Of a stretch of DNA of 64,000 nucleotides, positions 26,659 to 41,552 are shown piece by piece. The notes beneath the pieces are model-generated. The model had not been told where the DNA came from. It saw nothing but the letters and a program-made list of their open reading frames with translations, and ran no database searches. The stretch spans positions 25,296,001-25,360,000 of the forward strand of contig OZ024749.1 in assembly GCA_964016885.1 (NCBI GenBank), written 5' to 3'. The stretch's first letter is position 1, and each line of letters opens with the position of its first letter. Position numbers and translations under genes: made by a program. The stretch is from Eledone cirrhosa. Its lineage: Eukaryota.

Positions 26659-29600
26659 TCCTTGAATCTCAGTCATTGATGTTGGTTAACTGGAAAGTCC
26701 GTTGGAATGAATATCAAGCCACTACCTGCAGCCTCAGATATTCAGGACGTATCGGAGGGTTTTTGCTGTTCCAAGCAAGCATGCCTTTTGAAGCGTTCCA
26801 AAAAGCGTGACGGGGCCGATTTTCTTTAACCATCCCTGGAAACTTTTGGAGATAGTCCCCAGTGCGCCTATGACAATCGGGATCACTTTGACTTCATGGC
26901 AGTTCCAAATCCTTTTCACCTCCCACTTTAGATCCTGGTATCGGTTAATTTTCTCCCTCTCCTTCTCTTGCACTCTCGTGTCGAAAGGGCAGGCCACAAC
27001 CACAATCAGACACGATCTTTTTTCTTTGTCCACAACCACCAGGTCAGGTCTATTGTGTTCCAGTTTTTTGTCCGTCTGTATCCTAAAATCCCACAGCACC
27101 TTCACCTGATTGTTCTCCATCACCGCCTCTGGCCAATGCTCATACCATTTCTCAGAGTGTGGTAAATTGTTTACTTCGCACAGGTGCCAGTGGATCACCC
27201 TGCCCATCACATCGTGTCTCCAGCCCTTATAGTGGGTCTGGGCTAGGTGTTTACACTCGGACACAATGTGAGCCACAGTCTCCTCTCTCTCTCCACAGAT
27301 CCTGCACAGTGGGCTAGCCTCCTCCTTGTAAATATGGTGCTTCAACCACTTCGTTTTGAGGGCCTGCTCCTGCGCAGCCATTAGCATTCCTTATGTAGCC
27401 TTTTTGAGGTCTCCTCTTCTCAACCAGTTCCATGTCTGTGGATCTCTAAATTCAGTTTTCTCAAAGAAGGTACTATGAAGGGATTTTCCCTTAAGGCTGC
27501 TCTTCCTCCTTGATGTTATTTCCTCCTTGGACATCCCCTGGCCTACTGTCCCCTCCTTCAGTACAGTTCTGAGCATTGGCTCCTTACTATAGGTCACGTA
27601 TTTGTATAGATTGTTTTTCTCCATCTGAACACAGTCCTATATGCTGATAAGACCTCTTCCACCCTCAGATCTCCTTAGGTAGAGTCTATCGACATCACTC
27701 CTCTTGTGGAACATGTTGTAGATAGTCAATAGCTTCCTAGTCTTCCCATCCATTTCTTTTTGTTCAGCAACATTCCATCTCAGAATTCCCGCACTGTACC
27801 TAATAATAGACACAGCTCGGGAATTTACTGCGCTTATGGCATTTCTGCTGTTCAGATGCGACTTCAATACGCTCCTTACTCTCCGAATGTATTCAGTTCT
27901 TAACAATTCCTTCATTTTTTTTGTTCTTTATGCCATCAGCCTCCAGAACGCCCAAATACTTGTATCCTTCCTCAGAGTCAATTTCCTTTATCATCTCACC
28001 TGTTGGTATCTGGATCCCCTTACTTCTGCTCAACCTACCCCTCCTCATCACAATGACTCCACATTTACTAATACCTAACTGCATACATATATCACTGCTG
28101 AAAATACGGACAGTGTCAACAAGCACATCCAACTCCTTCTCACTTTTCCCGAAGAGCTTAAGATCGTCCATGAAGAGGAGGTGATTGATGGTAAGCTCTC
28201 CCTTTCCCAACTTGTATCCTGCTCTCACTTTTCGCAGCATAATGGTCAAGGGCATCAGGGCAAGGACAAACAACAGAGGGGACAGGCTATCACCCTGGAA
28301 GATACCTCTCTTGATCTTCACGCTTCCCAAGGATACTCCAGTTCATGTCAACTCTGTCTCCCAGGACCCCATACTCCTGCCCAGCAACTGTCTGATGTTA
28401 TCTGCCACCCTGAAGATCTCCAGGCTTTTGGTGATCCAAGAATGAGGCACCATGTCAAATGCCTTTCTGTAGTCTATCCATCCCATGGCAAGATCAGTGT
28501 GTCTCCTCCTGCAATTCCCCATTACCATCTTATCAATAAGTTACTGGTCCTTTGTACCACGTGACTTCTTTCGGCATCCTTTCTGCTCGTCCGGTAACAA
28601 GTTGTTTGTGTGGAGGTGATGGTAGATTTCCTCAGACACAATGCTCGTCAACAGATTCCACATTACGGACAGACATGTGATAGGTCTATAGTTGGTAACA
28701 TCATTACCCTTGATTCGGTCTTTCATTATCAGAACTGTGGTACCTTTTGTCAACCACTCTGGCACCTCACCCGACACCAAGCAGTCATTGAACATGGCCG
28801 TCAGCTTCGGGTGGAGGGATGTTAAATTTTTAATCCAATACCCCTGCACACCATCTGGGCCTGGTGATTTCTAGTTGGTTAGTTTTTTGGCCTGCCCCTT
28901 AAGAGTTTCAACTGTGATACTCAAATCAGTTTGTTGGTGTGCCTGCTCACCGATCTCCCTCTGTACTGTCTCAATCCACCCTGCCTGGACATTATGTCTA
29001 ACATCCTGCTCCCATATTCCTCTCCAGAATGTTTTAGTTTGCTCCGCCCCAGGGATCAAGTCGTTGCCTCTTTCTTTCCCCTCAAGCTGTCCAAACAGCA
29101 TCTTCTGGTTGTTGTCGAACATGAGGTTCTGTTTATACTGACTGACTCTGTTCTCGTATCACCTGATTTTTGCACTCTTTGCTACAATGCGTTGCTTCAG
29201 TTCCTCTATGATAATATTTAGATTTTTCCTCCTAGTTTTGTACTTTATTTCCAGTCTGTTTTTAGTGCCTATGTTTTTTAGTGTCCCATTCAGTAGTGAC
29301 TCAAGCTTTCCTATGTCATTTCTCATTTCCACGATTTGACCACTCAGTCGTTTCTTCCAACAGGGCTATGCTCTTTCTTGTCTGTTGTTTCCTCTCGCTT
29401 TTATACCAAGTAGTTTCCTCACCGTATTTGCTGTTGCTTTGAGGATATTGTTGCACTGGTGAAGGCTCCTCACCTCAAGGTATGGGATGACTTTGTTTAC
29501 CTTAGCTGTTGTTTCTTTTAACTTTTTCCTGTCTACAAATCTTAGGTTCATAGGTCTCCCACTATCATTGTTCAATTCATCTGCCACTAAATTTAGGATG

Positions 29601-30213
29601 TCAACCGAATCTTGTCCTAACCCGTCAGCATTCATCTCCTCAGTGGCCGTATCTCTGTTCCAGGTATTAATTATCTCAGTATTCAGATCATTGTCTGCTT
29701 CCCACTGGCTCGCTTGTCTGGCATACTACACCCGCCATCTCCAAGCCATTCTCTCTGCTCAGTTCCTCCAGTTCCAGCTCGCTTATCCACCCCTAGTTCT
29801 TATTACCCGAGCCTGCCCGGCCAATTTTTGTTCATCTAATCTAAATAGACCAATCTCGTTCCAGATGTTATGCATCCGTCTCCTGTAGCCCCTCTCCTTG
29901 GGGTTACTTTTCAGGTAACATTGCATAACAGTTCTATTCAATTCTTTAGTCCAGTTGGTTCTGGCCCCTTTCCTTCTTCTTCTTCCTCCAACATCAGCAG
30001 TATTTGGTTGACAGTCAGGTTCCTGCTGCTGAGCCAGGGGGCACCTGTTGGGTGAGTGTCTGTCACATGACGTTCTAATCTCCATTTCACCGTTATTCGA
30101 ACTGTTTATGTTCGATATTTAAACACTCTTATCGAGGATTGGCGAATGTATGGTTACATAGCCATCTGTGGATTCGCCGTTCCACTTGGCCCTTGTGTGG
30201 CATTATCACCACG
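26659..30213 (-). mobile_element. Near full-length decayed R4/Dong-clade non-LTR retrotransposon (single ORF: RT + CCHC + restriction-like endonuclease)
   Basis: N-terminal WTKELNRTVMQCY...GYRRRMHNIW...EQKLAGQARVI; RT motifs NYRPITCL, WIDYRKAFDMVPH, GIFQGDSLSP, LLFMDDLKL; CRICGEREETVAHIVSEC, RHD, RPDLVVVD. Several frameshifts and stops. 3' end abuts (AAC)n(AAT)n(AAG)n. Confidence 0.9.
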
Positions 30214-31137
30214 CTGTATACGAACACACATAAACAAACAAACACACAGGCAGAAAGGGCCCCAAAAATGAATAAGCATAAGTTTCATTGTAATGTAGTG
30301 TTCGAATGTCTGACTAAGTTTTTGTTTTTTTAGTTTTAGTTTTATTTCCCCCCCCCCCTCTTCTCTGTCCGTCCGCCTGCTTCTCTCTTCATTCTTATTT
30401 TCTTTACGTTTTTTGTTTTTGTTTTTCTCTGTTTTTCTCGTTTTTTGCTGTTGTTGCTCAGCTGCTTTGGTTTTGTTGTTTGATTTTTCTTTTTACTTTT
30501 GAGTCTATCTATATATTTATTTTGATGCCTTCCTCTTTTTTAGTAGTAGGAATTCTGTAATGTGGTGGCAGCAGCCAGCTGGGTGAAGTGGAGGACTGGC
30601 GGCGGTAGCGATACTGAGACAGTGGTGGTGGTGATGTCGATACCGAGGCAGTGGTGGTGGCGATGTGATCGTATTACTGTGGTGATGGTGTTGTAGCGGT
30701 GGTAGCAGTGAAGGAGTGGTGATGGGATAGTGGTGGTAATGATGGCAGTAGTGATCGGTGGTGGTGAAATTGCCGTTATCTGGCTGTTGTGTTTAGTGTA
30801 CACATGTGATGAGGTGGGTGGTGTATCTAGTTTCTGGTGTTGGTGAGTTTGGCTGTTCTATATAGTGTAGACAGAGAAGAGGAGGGGTGGGGGTTATTCT
30901 TCCATTTATAGCCATTTTCTTTTTTGGATATACAGTGTACAATACAAAGTTGATTATTTGAATATTTGAGCCTTATAACAATATATTTTGGGTCCGAATT
31001 TTTGGGGGCTCAAGCCGGGTGCTTTACGTAGCATTTGTACTAAGAGTTGTTATTTCACAAATGATTTAAATATGTTAAAAATTCAAAACTTACGGGAGCG
31101 ATTTCATGACCTCCGCCACCTCGTGCATCTTCTTCCC

Positions 31138-31212
<75 letters not shown>

Positions 31213-31427
31213 TCGACCTTATTGTAAACCCCCACTGTCCCTGTCTTTGTATTGTCCCCTACATGTCGGCCCTTGTGGCTAATAAATGAAATCATTATTA
31301 TTATTATTATAGTTTTTGTTGCTATTATTATTATTAATATTATTATTATTATTGTTATTGTTGTGTTTGTTGTTGTTTGTAAACAGATCTCACATGTATG
31401 CTGTCTTTCAATGTATAGTAGTAGTAT

Positions 31428-31479
<52 letters not shown>

Positions 31480-31480
31480 G

Positions 31481-31550
<70 letters not shown>

Positions 31551-31778
31551 AAGTAGTATTAGCTATTGTTGTTGTTGTTGTTGTTGTTGTTGCAGCAGTA
31601 TCAATTGCATCAACGACCTCAGCAACATCAAAAGCAGCAACAACAATAACAACAGCAGCAATATCAACAACAACAACAATAGCAACAACAACAACAGCAG
31701 TATTACCAACAACAACTACACTAGCAGCAGCCATAGCAGCAACAACAACATCCAGTAATTAGTTAAAGCAGAATAAAA

Positions 31779-31967
31779 TAATTGTTTCTACTTTAGGCAC
31801 AAGGCCAGCAATTACGCAGTGCATTACTGGTACTTTATTTTATCGACCCCGTAAGGATGAAAGGCAAAGTCAACCTCGGCGGGTTTGAACTCAGATTGTA
31901 AAGGGACGTAACTATGCTGGAAAGCATGGCGTCCGACCCTCTACCGATACTGCCAATCCACCGCCCC
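31779..31967 (-). mobile_element. tRNA-derived SINE
   Basis: Full family sequence. Confidence 0.9.
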
Positions 31968-32230
31968 TCGGAATTAAATAATGAGCGTGAAATATTTAAT
32001 GATGTATTAGACAATTCGATGTTATTTAGTATTGTTGGTTTATGAGATATCGGAAAATAACGTATATGAGATTCACGTCCTTCCACTTCCCTACTAAAAC
32101 CAACAAAGACGAAGATAGTTCATTACAAGTTGAGGGGAGGAATGGATGACAAGTTGCGGCAACAAGATATGAACAATGAGAAAATGATATATTGAAAATG
32201 ATATATTGTTTCTATGGCTATATATATATA

Positions 32231-32322
<92 letters not shown>

Positions 32323-32931
32323 TGTGTATGTACGTATATATATATATATATATATATTAGGTCGTCAAGTATGGAGTTTGTAGAAAAAAAGAAATGTCTA
32401 CAAATGTCATTCTTGACGACCCAACATATATGGATATATATACTTGTGTGTTTATGTGTGTGTGTGTGTGGGGGGGGGGGGGGGTGATGCATATGTACAC
32501 ATACTCAAAGACTCACCCACATATTATACACACCGACATATTTCAAGCCTTAAACTAATATATTTCTTCCGTGTACTTTGCCGTTTGTTTTCTTATTTTT
32601 GTTATTTCTGTTTACCTTTTACATACAGACAGACGCACGCACACATACGTACACACTTACAAACAAACACACGCACACACATGTATATGGATATGTATAT
32701 ATGTGTATATATGTATGTATGTATATATTTTGTATATATATATATGTATATATGTATGTATATATATATGTATATATGTATGGATATATATTTATATATT
32801 TATGTATATATGTATGTATACATATATGTACGTGTATATTGTATGTAGGTATATGTATGTAAGTATATATGTATATATATATATATTAGTATACATGAAT
32901 ATATATATGTATATATATATATATGAATATA

Positions 32932-33001
<70 letters not shown>

Positions 33002-33030
33002 TATATATCTATGTATATGTATGTATGTAA

Positions 33031-33093
<63 letters not shown>

Positions 33094-33619
33094 TGTATGT
33101 ATGTATGTATGTGTATGTATGTATATATGTGTATGTATGTATGTATGTATATGTATGCATGTATGTATATGTATGTATGTATATATGTGTATGTATGAAT
33201 ATGTATGTATATGTATGTATGTATATATGTGTGTGTATGTATGTATATGTATGTATGTATGTGTATGTATGTATGTATATATGTGTATGTATGTATATGT
33301 ATGTATGTATATGTATGTATGTATATATGTGTATGTATGTATGTATATGGGTATGTATGAATATAATGAGATTACAGTCGCAATGACAATAATACCTGAC
33401 GTTAATTTATAAGATATCAACATTATAACAATTGAGAAACTGCCAATAAAAGAATATTCCCTTAATAGCATCAGCAACAACAACAACAACAACAACAATA
33501 ACAACAACATCACTAACAGCATCGGCAACAACAACATCACTAACACCAATGACAACCACCACCACACTAATATTGCCAACACTAACAACGAAGACAGCCG
33601 AACAACCCCATTAACAGCA

Positions 33620-36600
33620 ATGAAAACAACACTAACAACGACAACAACACTAACAACGACAACAACACTAACAACGACAACAACACCAACAACAACACTA
33701 ACAGCAACACCAACAACCAAACTAATAAGCACAACAACAACAACCATACTAATAACCACAACAACACCAACAACAACATCAACTACAATACTAACACCAA
33801 CAACAACCACACTAATAACCACAACAACACCAACAACAACCTCAACTACAATACTAACATCAACAACAACAACAACCACACTAATAACCACAACAATACC
33901 AACAATAACCTCAACTACAAAACTAACAACAACAACAACCACACTAATAACCACAACAACACCAACAACAAGCTCAACTACAATACTAACACCAACAACA
34001 ACAACAACCACACTAATAACCAGAAGAACACGAACAACAACCTCAACTACAAAACTAACACCAACAACAACCACACTAATAACCACAACAACACCAACAA
34101 CAACCTCAACTACAAAACTAACACCAACAACAACCACACTAATAACCACAACAACACCAACAACAGCCTCAACTACAATACTAACACCAACAACAACAAC
34201 AACCACACTAATAACCAGAAGAACACCAACAACAACCTCAACTACAAAACCAACAACAACAACAACCACACTAATAACCACAACAACACCAACAACAGCC
34301 TCAACTACAAAACTAACACCAACAACAACCACACTAATAACCACAACAACACCAACAACAAGCTCAACTACAATACTAACACCAACAACAACAACAACCA
34401 CACTAATAACCAGAAGAACACCAACAACAACCTCTACTACAAAACCAACAACAATAACAACCACACTAATAACCACAACAACACCAACAACAAGCTCAAC
34501 TACAATACTAACACCAACACCAACAACAACCACACTAATAACCAGAAGAACAGCAACAACAACCTCAACTACAAAACCAACAACAACAACAACCACACTA
34601 ATAACCACAAGAACACCAACAACAACCTCAACTACAATACTGACACCAACAACAACAACCACCACACTAATAACCACAACAACACCAACAACAACCTCAA
34701 CTACAATACTAACAACAACAACAACAACCACCACACTAATAACCACAACAACACCAACAACAACCTCAACTACAATACTAACACCAACAACAACAACCAC
34801 ACTAATAACCACAACAACATCAACAACAACCTCAACTACAATACTAACACCAACAACAACAACAACCACACTAATAACCACAACAATATCAACAACAACC
34901 TCAACTACAATACTAATACCAACAACAACAACAACCACACTAATAACCACAACAACACCAACAACAACCTCAACTACAATACTAACACCAACAACAACAA
35001 CAACCACACTAATATCCACAACAACACCAACAACAGCCTCAACTTCAATACTAACACCAACAACAACAAATATACTAATAACCACAACAACACCAACAAC
35101 AACCTCAACTACAATACTAACACCAACAACAACAACAACCATACTAATAACCACAACAACACCAACAACAGCCTCAACTACAATACTAACACCAACAACA
35201 ACAACAACCACACTAATAACCACAACAACACCAACAACAACCTTAACTACAATACTAACACCAACAACAACAACAACCACACTAATAACCACAACAACAC
35301 CAACAACAACATCAACTACAATACTAACACCAACAAGAACAACAACCAGATTAATAACCACAACAACACCAACAACAACATCAACTACAATACTAACACC
35401 AACAAGAACAACAACCAGATTAATAACCACAACAACACCAACAACAGCCTCAACTACAATACTAACACCAACAACAACAACCATACTAATAACCACAACG
35501 ACACCAACAACAGCCTCAACTACAATACTAACACCAACAACAACAACAACCTCACTAATAACCCCAACAACACCAACAACAACCTCAACTACAATACTAA
35601 TACCAACAACAACAACAACCTCACTAATAACCACAACAACACCAACAACAGCCTCAACTACAATACTAACACCAACAACAACAACAACCACACTAATAAC
35701 CAGAAGAACACCAACAACAAGCTCAACTACAATACTAACACCAACCACAACAACAACCACACTAATAACCACAACGACACCAACAACAACCTCAACTACA
35801 ATACTGACACCAACAACAACAACCACCACACTAATAACCACAACAACACCAACAACAAGCTCAACTGCAATACTAACACCAACAACAACAACAACCATAC
35901 TAATAACCACAACAACACCAACAACAGCCTCAACTACAATACTAACACCAACAACAACAACAACCACACTAATAACCACAACAACACCAACAACAACCTC
36001 AACTACAATACTAACACCAACAACAACAACAACACTAATAACCACAACAACACCAACAACAACCTCAACTACAATACTAACACCAACAACAACAACAACC
36101 ACACTAATAACCACAACGACACCAACAACAACCTCAACTACAATACTAACCCCAACAACAACAACAACACTAATAACCACAACAACACCAACAACAACCT
36201 CAACTACAATACTAACACCAACAACAACAACCATACTAATAACCACAACAACACCAACAACAGCCTCAACTACAATACTAACACCAACAACAACAACCAT
36301 ACTAATAACCACAACGACACCAACAACAGCCTCAACTACAATACTAACACCAACAACAACAACAACCTCACTAATAACCACAACAACACCAACAACAACC
36401 TCAACTACAATACTAATACCAACAACAACAACAACCACACTAATAACCACAACAACACCAACAACAACCTCAACTACAATACTAACACCAACAACAACAA
36501 CAACCTCACTAATAACCACAACAACACCAACAACAACCTCAACTACAATACTAACACCAACAACAACAACAACCACACTAATAACCACAACAACACCAAC

Positions 36601-39600
36601 AACAACCTCAACTACAATACTAACACCAACAACAACAACAACCACACTAATAACCACAACAATATCAACAACAACCTCAACTAAAATACTAATACCAACA
36701 ACAACAACAACCACACTAATAACCACAACAACACCAACAACAACCTCAACTACAATACTAACACCAACAACAACAACAACCACACTAATATCCACAACAA
36801 CACCAACAACAGCCTCAACTTCAATACTAACACCAACAACAACAAATATACTAATAACCACAACAACACCAACAACAACCTCAACTACAATACTAACACC
36901 AACAACAACAACAACCATACTAATAACCACAACAACACCAACAACAGCCTCAACTACAATACTAACACCAACAACAAAAACAACCACACTAATAACCACA
37001 ACAACACCAACAACAACCTTAACTACAATACTAACACCAACAACAACAACAACCACACTAATAACCACAACAACACCAACAACAACATCAACTACAATAC
37101 TAACACCAACAAGAACAACAACCAGATTAATAACCACAACAACACCAACAACAACATCAACTACAATACTAACACCAACAAGAACAACAACCAGATTAAT
37201 AACCACAACAACACCAACAACAGCCTCAACTACAATACTAACACCAACAACAACAACCATACTAATAACCACAACGACACCAACAACAGCCTCAACTACA
37301 ATACTAACACCAACAACAACAACAACCTCACTAATAACCCCAACAACACCAACAACAACCTCAACTACAATACTAATACCAACAACAACAACAACCTCAC
37401 TAATAACCACAACAACACCAACAACAGCCTCAACTACAATACTAACACCAACAACAACAACAACCACACTAATAACCAGAAGAACACCAACAACAAGCTC
37501 AACTACAATACTAACACCAACCTCAACAACAACCACACTAATAACCACAACGACACCAACAACAACCTCAACTACAATACTGACGCCAACAACAACAACC
37601 ACCACACTAATAACCACAACAACACCAACAACAAGCTCAACTGCAATACTAACACCAACAACAACAACAACCATACTAATAACCACAACAACACCAACAA
37701 CAGCCTCAACTACAATACTAACACCAACAACAACAACAACCACACTAATAACCACAACAACACCAACAACAACCTCAACTACAATACTAACACCAACAAC
37801 AACAACAACACTAATAACCACAACAACACCAACAACAACCTCAACTACAATACTAACACCAACAACAACAACAACCACACTAATAACCACAACGACACCA
37901 ACAACAACCTCAACTACAATACTAACCCCAACAACAACAACAACACTAATAACCACAACAACACCAACAACAACCTCAACTACAATACTAACACCAACAA
38001 CAACAACCATACTAATAACCACAACAACACCAACAACAGCCTCAACTACAATACTAACACCAACAACAACAGCCATACTAATAACCACAACAACACCAAC
38101 AACAGCCTCAACTACAATACTAACACCAACAACAACAACCATACTAATAACCACAACAACACCAACAACAACCTCAACTACAATACTAACACCAACAACA
38201 ACAACCATACTAATAACCACAACAACACCAACAACAACCTCAACTACAATACTAACCCCAACAACAACAACAACACTAATAACCACAACAACACCAACAA
38301 CAACCTCAACTACAATACTAACCCCAACAACAACAACAACACTAATAACCACAACAACACCAACAACAACCTCAACTACAATACTAACACCAACAACAAC
38401 AACCATACTAATAACCACAACAACACCAACAACAACCTCAACTACAATACTAACACCAACAATAACAACCATACTAATAACCACAACGACACCAACAACA
38501 GCCTTAACTACAATACTAACACCAACAACAACAACAACCTCACTAATAACCACAACAACACCAACAACAACCTCAACTACAATACTAATACCAACAACAA
38601 CAACAACCACACTAATAACCACAACAACACCAACAACAACCTCAACTACAATACTAACACCAACAACAACAACCTCACTAATAACCACAACAACACCAAC
38701 AACAACCACACTAATAACCAGAAGAACAGCAACAACAACCTCAACTACAAAACCAACAACAACAACCACACTAATAACCGCAAGAACACCAACAACAACC
38801 TCAACTACAATACTGACACCAACAACAACAACCACCACACTAATAACCACAACAACACCAACAACAACCTCAACTACAATACTAACACCAACAACAACAA
38901 CAACCACACTAATAACCACAACAACATCAACAACAACCTCAAATACAATACTAACACCAACAACAACAACAACCACACTAATAACCACAACAACATCAAC
39001 AACAACCTCAAATACAATACTAACACCAACAACAACAACAACCACACTAATAACCACAACAACATCAACAACAACCTCAACTACAATACTAATACCAACA
39101 ACAACAACAACCACACTAATAACCACAACAACACCAACAACAACTACCACAACCACACTAATGACATCATTATAACCACCACCACCACCACCGCCACCAC
39201 CACCATCAACATCAACAGCAACAACAACAGCACCACCAACATCAACGTCGTCAACAGCAACAACTACAACAACAATAACACCAACAATATCTTCCACAAC
39301 CACACAAGTGACGTCATTACCTCCACCACCACCAACAACAGCAACACCAACAACATCAACAACACCCACAACATCACTCATAACCTCAGCTCCACCAACA
39401 GTTCCACCCACAATAACAACAACAACAGACACACCAACCACAACCACACTAATGGCGTCATTACCTCCACCACCACCAATAACAGCAACAACTACAACAA
39501 CAATGGCCCTATCCACATCCACAACCACACTAATAATGTTATTACCCCCTCCACCCCCACCACCAATAGAAACAATAACAACAACAATAGCAACAGCACC

Positions 39601-40000
39601 ACCAACCGCAACAGCAACAACTACAACAGCAATAAAACCAACAACTAGAACCACAACCAAACTAATAACGTCATTACCACCACGAACAATAACAACAACA
39701 GCAACAGCAACCATAGCAACAACAGAACCACCAACAACAGCAGCAGCAGCAACATTAACAAGAACACCAACAACAACCACAACCACACTAATAACGTCAT
39801 TACCAACAACAACAACAACAACAACAACAACAACTACGACAGCAATAACACCAACTACATTAAACCACAACCAAACTAATAACCTCACTACCACCACCAC
39901 CAAAATCAACAACAGCAACAATAACAACACCAGCAACAACAACAACAGCAGCAACATTAACAACAGCAACAACAATAAAATAACAATAACAATGAAGTAA
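33620..40000. repeat. AAC-derived minisatellite (unit ~54-63 bp) with a 1776-bp higher-order duplication; open Thr-rich frame
   Basis: Unit CTAATAACCACAACAACACCAACAACAACCTCAACTACAATACTAACACCAACAACAACAACCACA. Rare variants recur 1776 bp apart, e.g. ATATCCAC at 35012 and 36788. Confidence 0.95.
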
Positions 40001-40910
40001 TACGGTAATATCAATAATATGAAGCGAAATCATCGTTGACAATGATAACGAGAAAATGAAAATTAAAAGGAAAATTTCAAAACAAACAGGAGTCAAAAGA
40101 AAACAAAAAATAAAAACAAAATAAAATAAAAATAAAAATTATAAACAAATGATAAAGATTAAGAAATGCTAACAATATGTGAAATAATGAATGGAATAGT
40201 TTTATTGAATGTCATATCTGTGAAATTAATTAAAACAGGTGCTTTTAACATATGATCAAAATGAGGTTTTCAATTTGCACCTCATTTTGAAAAATCCTAT
40301 TATAACAAAACCGTCGATTTTATTGATAAAAATCTATGAAATTTTATAAAAAGTCTTCTCTCTGTGTGAACAAATTATTAATTTGCATTCGCATGAACTA
40401 AAACATCCGTATTTAGATTTAGATTTATTTTGATTTCTGGATTCGAAAATCTGTTCAGAAATGAATTATGCGAAAGGAATCGTCAGAAGCATCGCCAGCT
40501 ATGTAGTTAATAAGCCGAAAATGTATTTCAGTTCCAACAAACCTCTCATGATATTCTGTTGGCATTTCCGGGAGCAAGCATGTTTAACCTTCTATCAGTT
40601 GTTACTTGTTAATGTTTAGAAGTTTAGGAGAGCGAGAGAAAAATAAATTGTTTATTGATTTTTCCATCGTATTGATCGGAGAAATTATTCCGAAAGAAAG
40701 AAAAAGAGATTAAGAATAAACCATGGATCATATCAGGGGAAAAATGTCGAATAATGGATAATGAAATCTCCCCTTTGAATCTAAACCATAAATTAAATCG
40801 TTTTATTCCAACTAATCATAATGTTTGATAACGAATACTTTTTAAGATTTTAAGCTTTGGGTGTAGGGTAGACCCCGAGCTGTAGTTTTCAGCTGCCTAG
40901 TTACACAATA

Positions 40911-41020
40911 CGAAGGCTGGCTGAAATGTTCATAGGATGAACATTTCTGGAAAATGTAGCTCATCTGGTCTTCCGTGAAAATAATCCTGACCAGTCTATG
41001 AACTTTTCAGCTGACCCTCG
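40911..41020. mobile_element. Tc1/mariner-type MITE
   Basis: Imperfect TIRs CGAAGGCTGGCTGAAATGTTCATAG and CTATGAACTTTTCAGCTGACCCTCG, flanked by TA. Confidence 0.75.
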
Positions 41021-41112
41021 TATGTTTATATATATATATATAGGATGGCAGCCGGGTAGGCATCCGTGTCGCTGAACCGCGTCGGCTACGAGGGCACGGA
41101 TGGACCGGTCGA

Positions 41113-41322
41113 GCTTTTATCCTTCTATGCTGTTTACTTGTCCCCCTCGCTTGACGCGATTTACTGGTCCCAATAACTTGTTTGAGTTATTGCTCGTACC
41201 AACCTGAGGTATATGATTTTTAATGCGATGAAATACCAATGATGGTTGGAAAATCACTGACGAAGGACTATTTTTATGATATGTAACCCATGTGCAACCA
41301 CGCAGTATTCTTCTTTCTTCTC

Positions 41323-41330
<8 letters not shown>
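41113..41330 (+). mobile_element. TA-inserted repeat family carrying the permuted hammerhead-like motif (truncated copy)
   Basis: Near-identical to the reverse complements of 47565-47780 and 48092-48307; related to 56395-56905. Confidence 0.85.
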
Positions 41331-41365
<35 letters not shown>

Positions 41366-41552
41366 CGGAGGAGTTGTGGTAAGGAACCAGATGGACCATA
41401 ACGCACCAGAGTACTCAATACTTAGGGTAGTACAGTAGGTAATTGGAGAGAGTATGACCCCGACGGCAGAGCTCAGGCCGTTTCGACGGCTATTTCAGTC
41501 CAGAAATAGCCGTCGAAACGGCTTGAGCTCTGCCGTCGGGGTCATACTCTCT

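Noticed and set aside
32800-40014. 2404-aa Val-rich minus-strand ORF as a protein
   Set aside because: It is the antisense shadow of the AAC-based minisatellite, runs into (TATG)n sequence and has an implausible composition.
41161-41200. GGTCCCAA as part of a twister ribozyme
   Set aside because: The following GCC and the two pseudoknot pairings of twister are absent.
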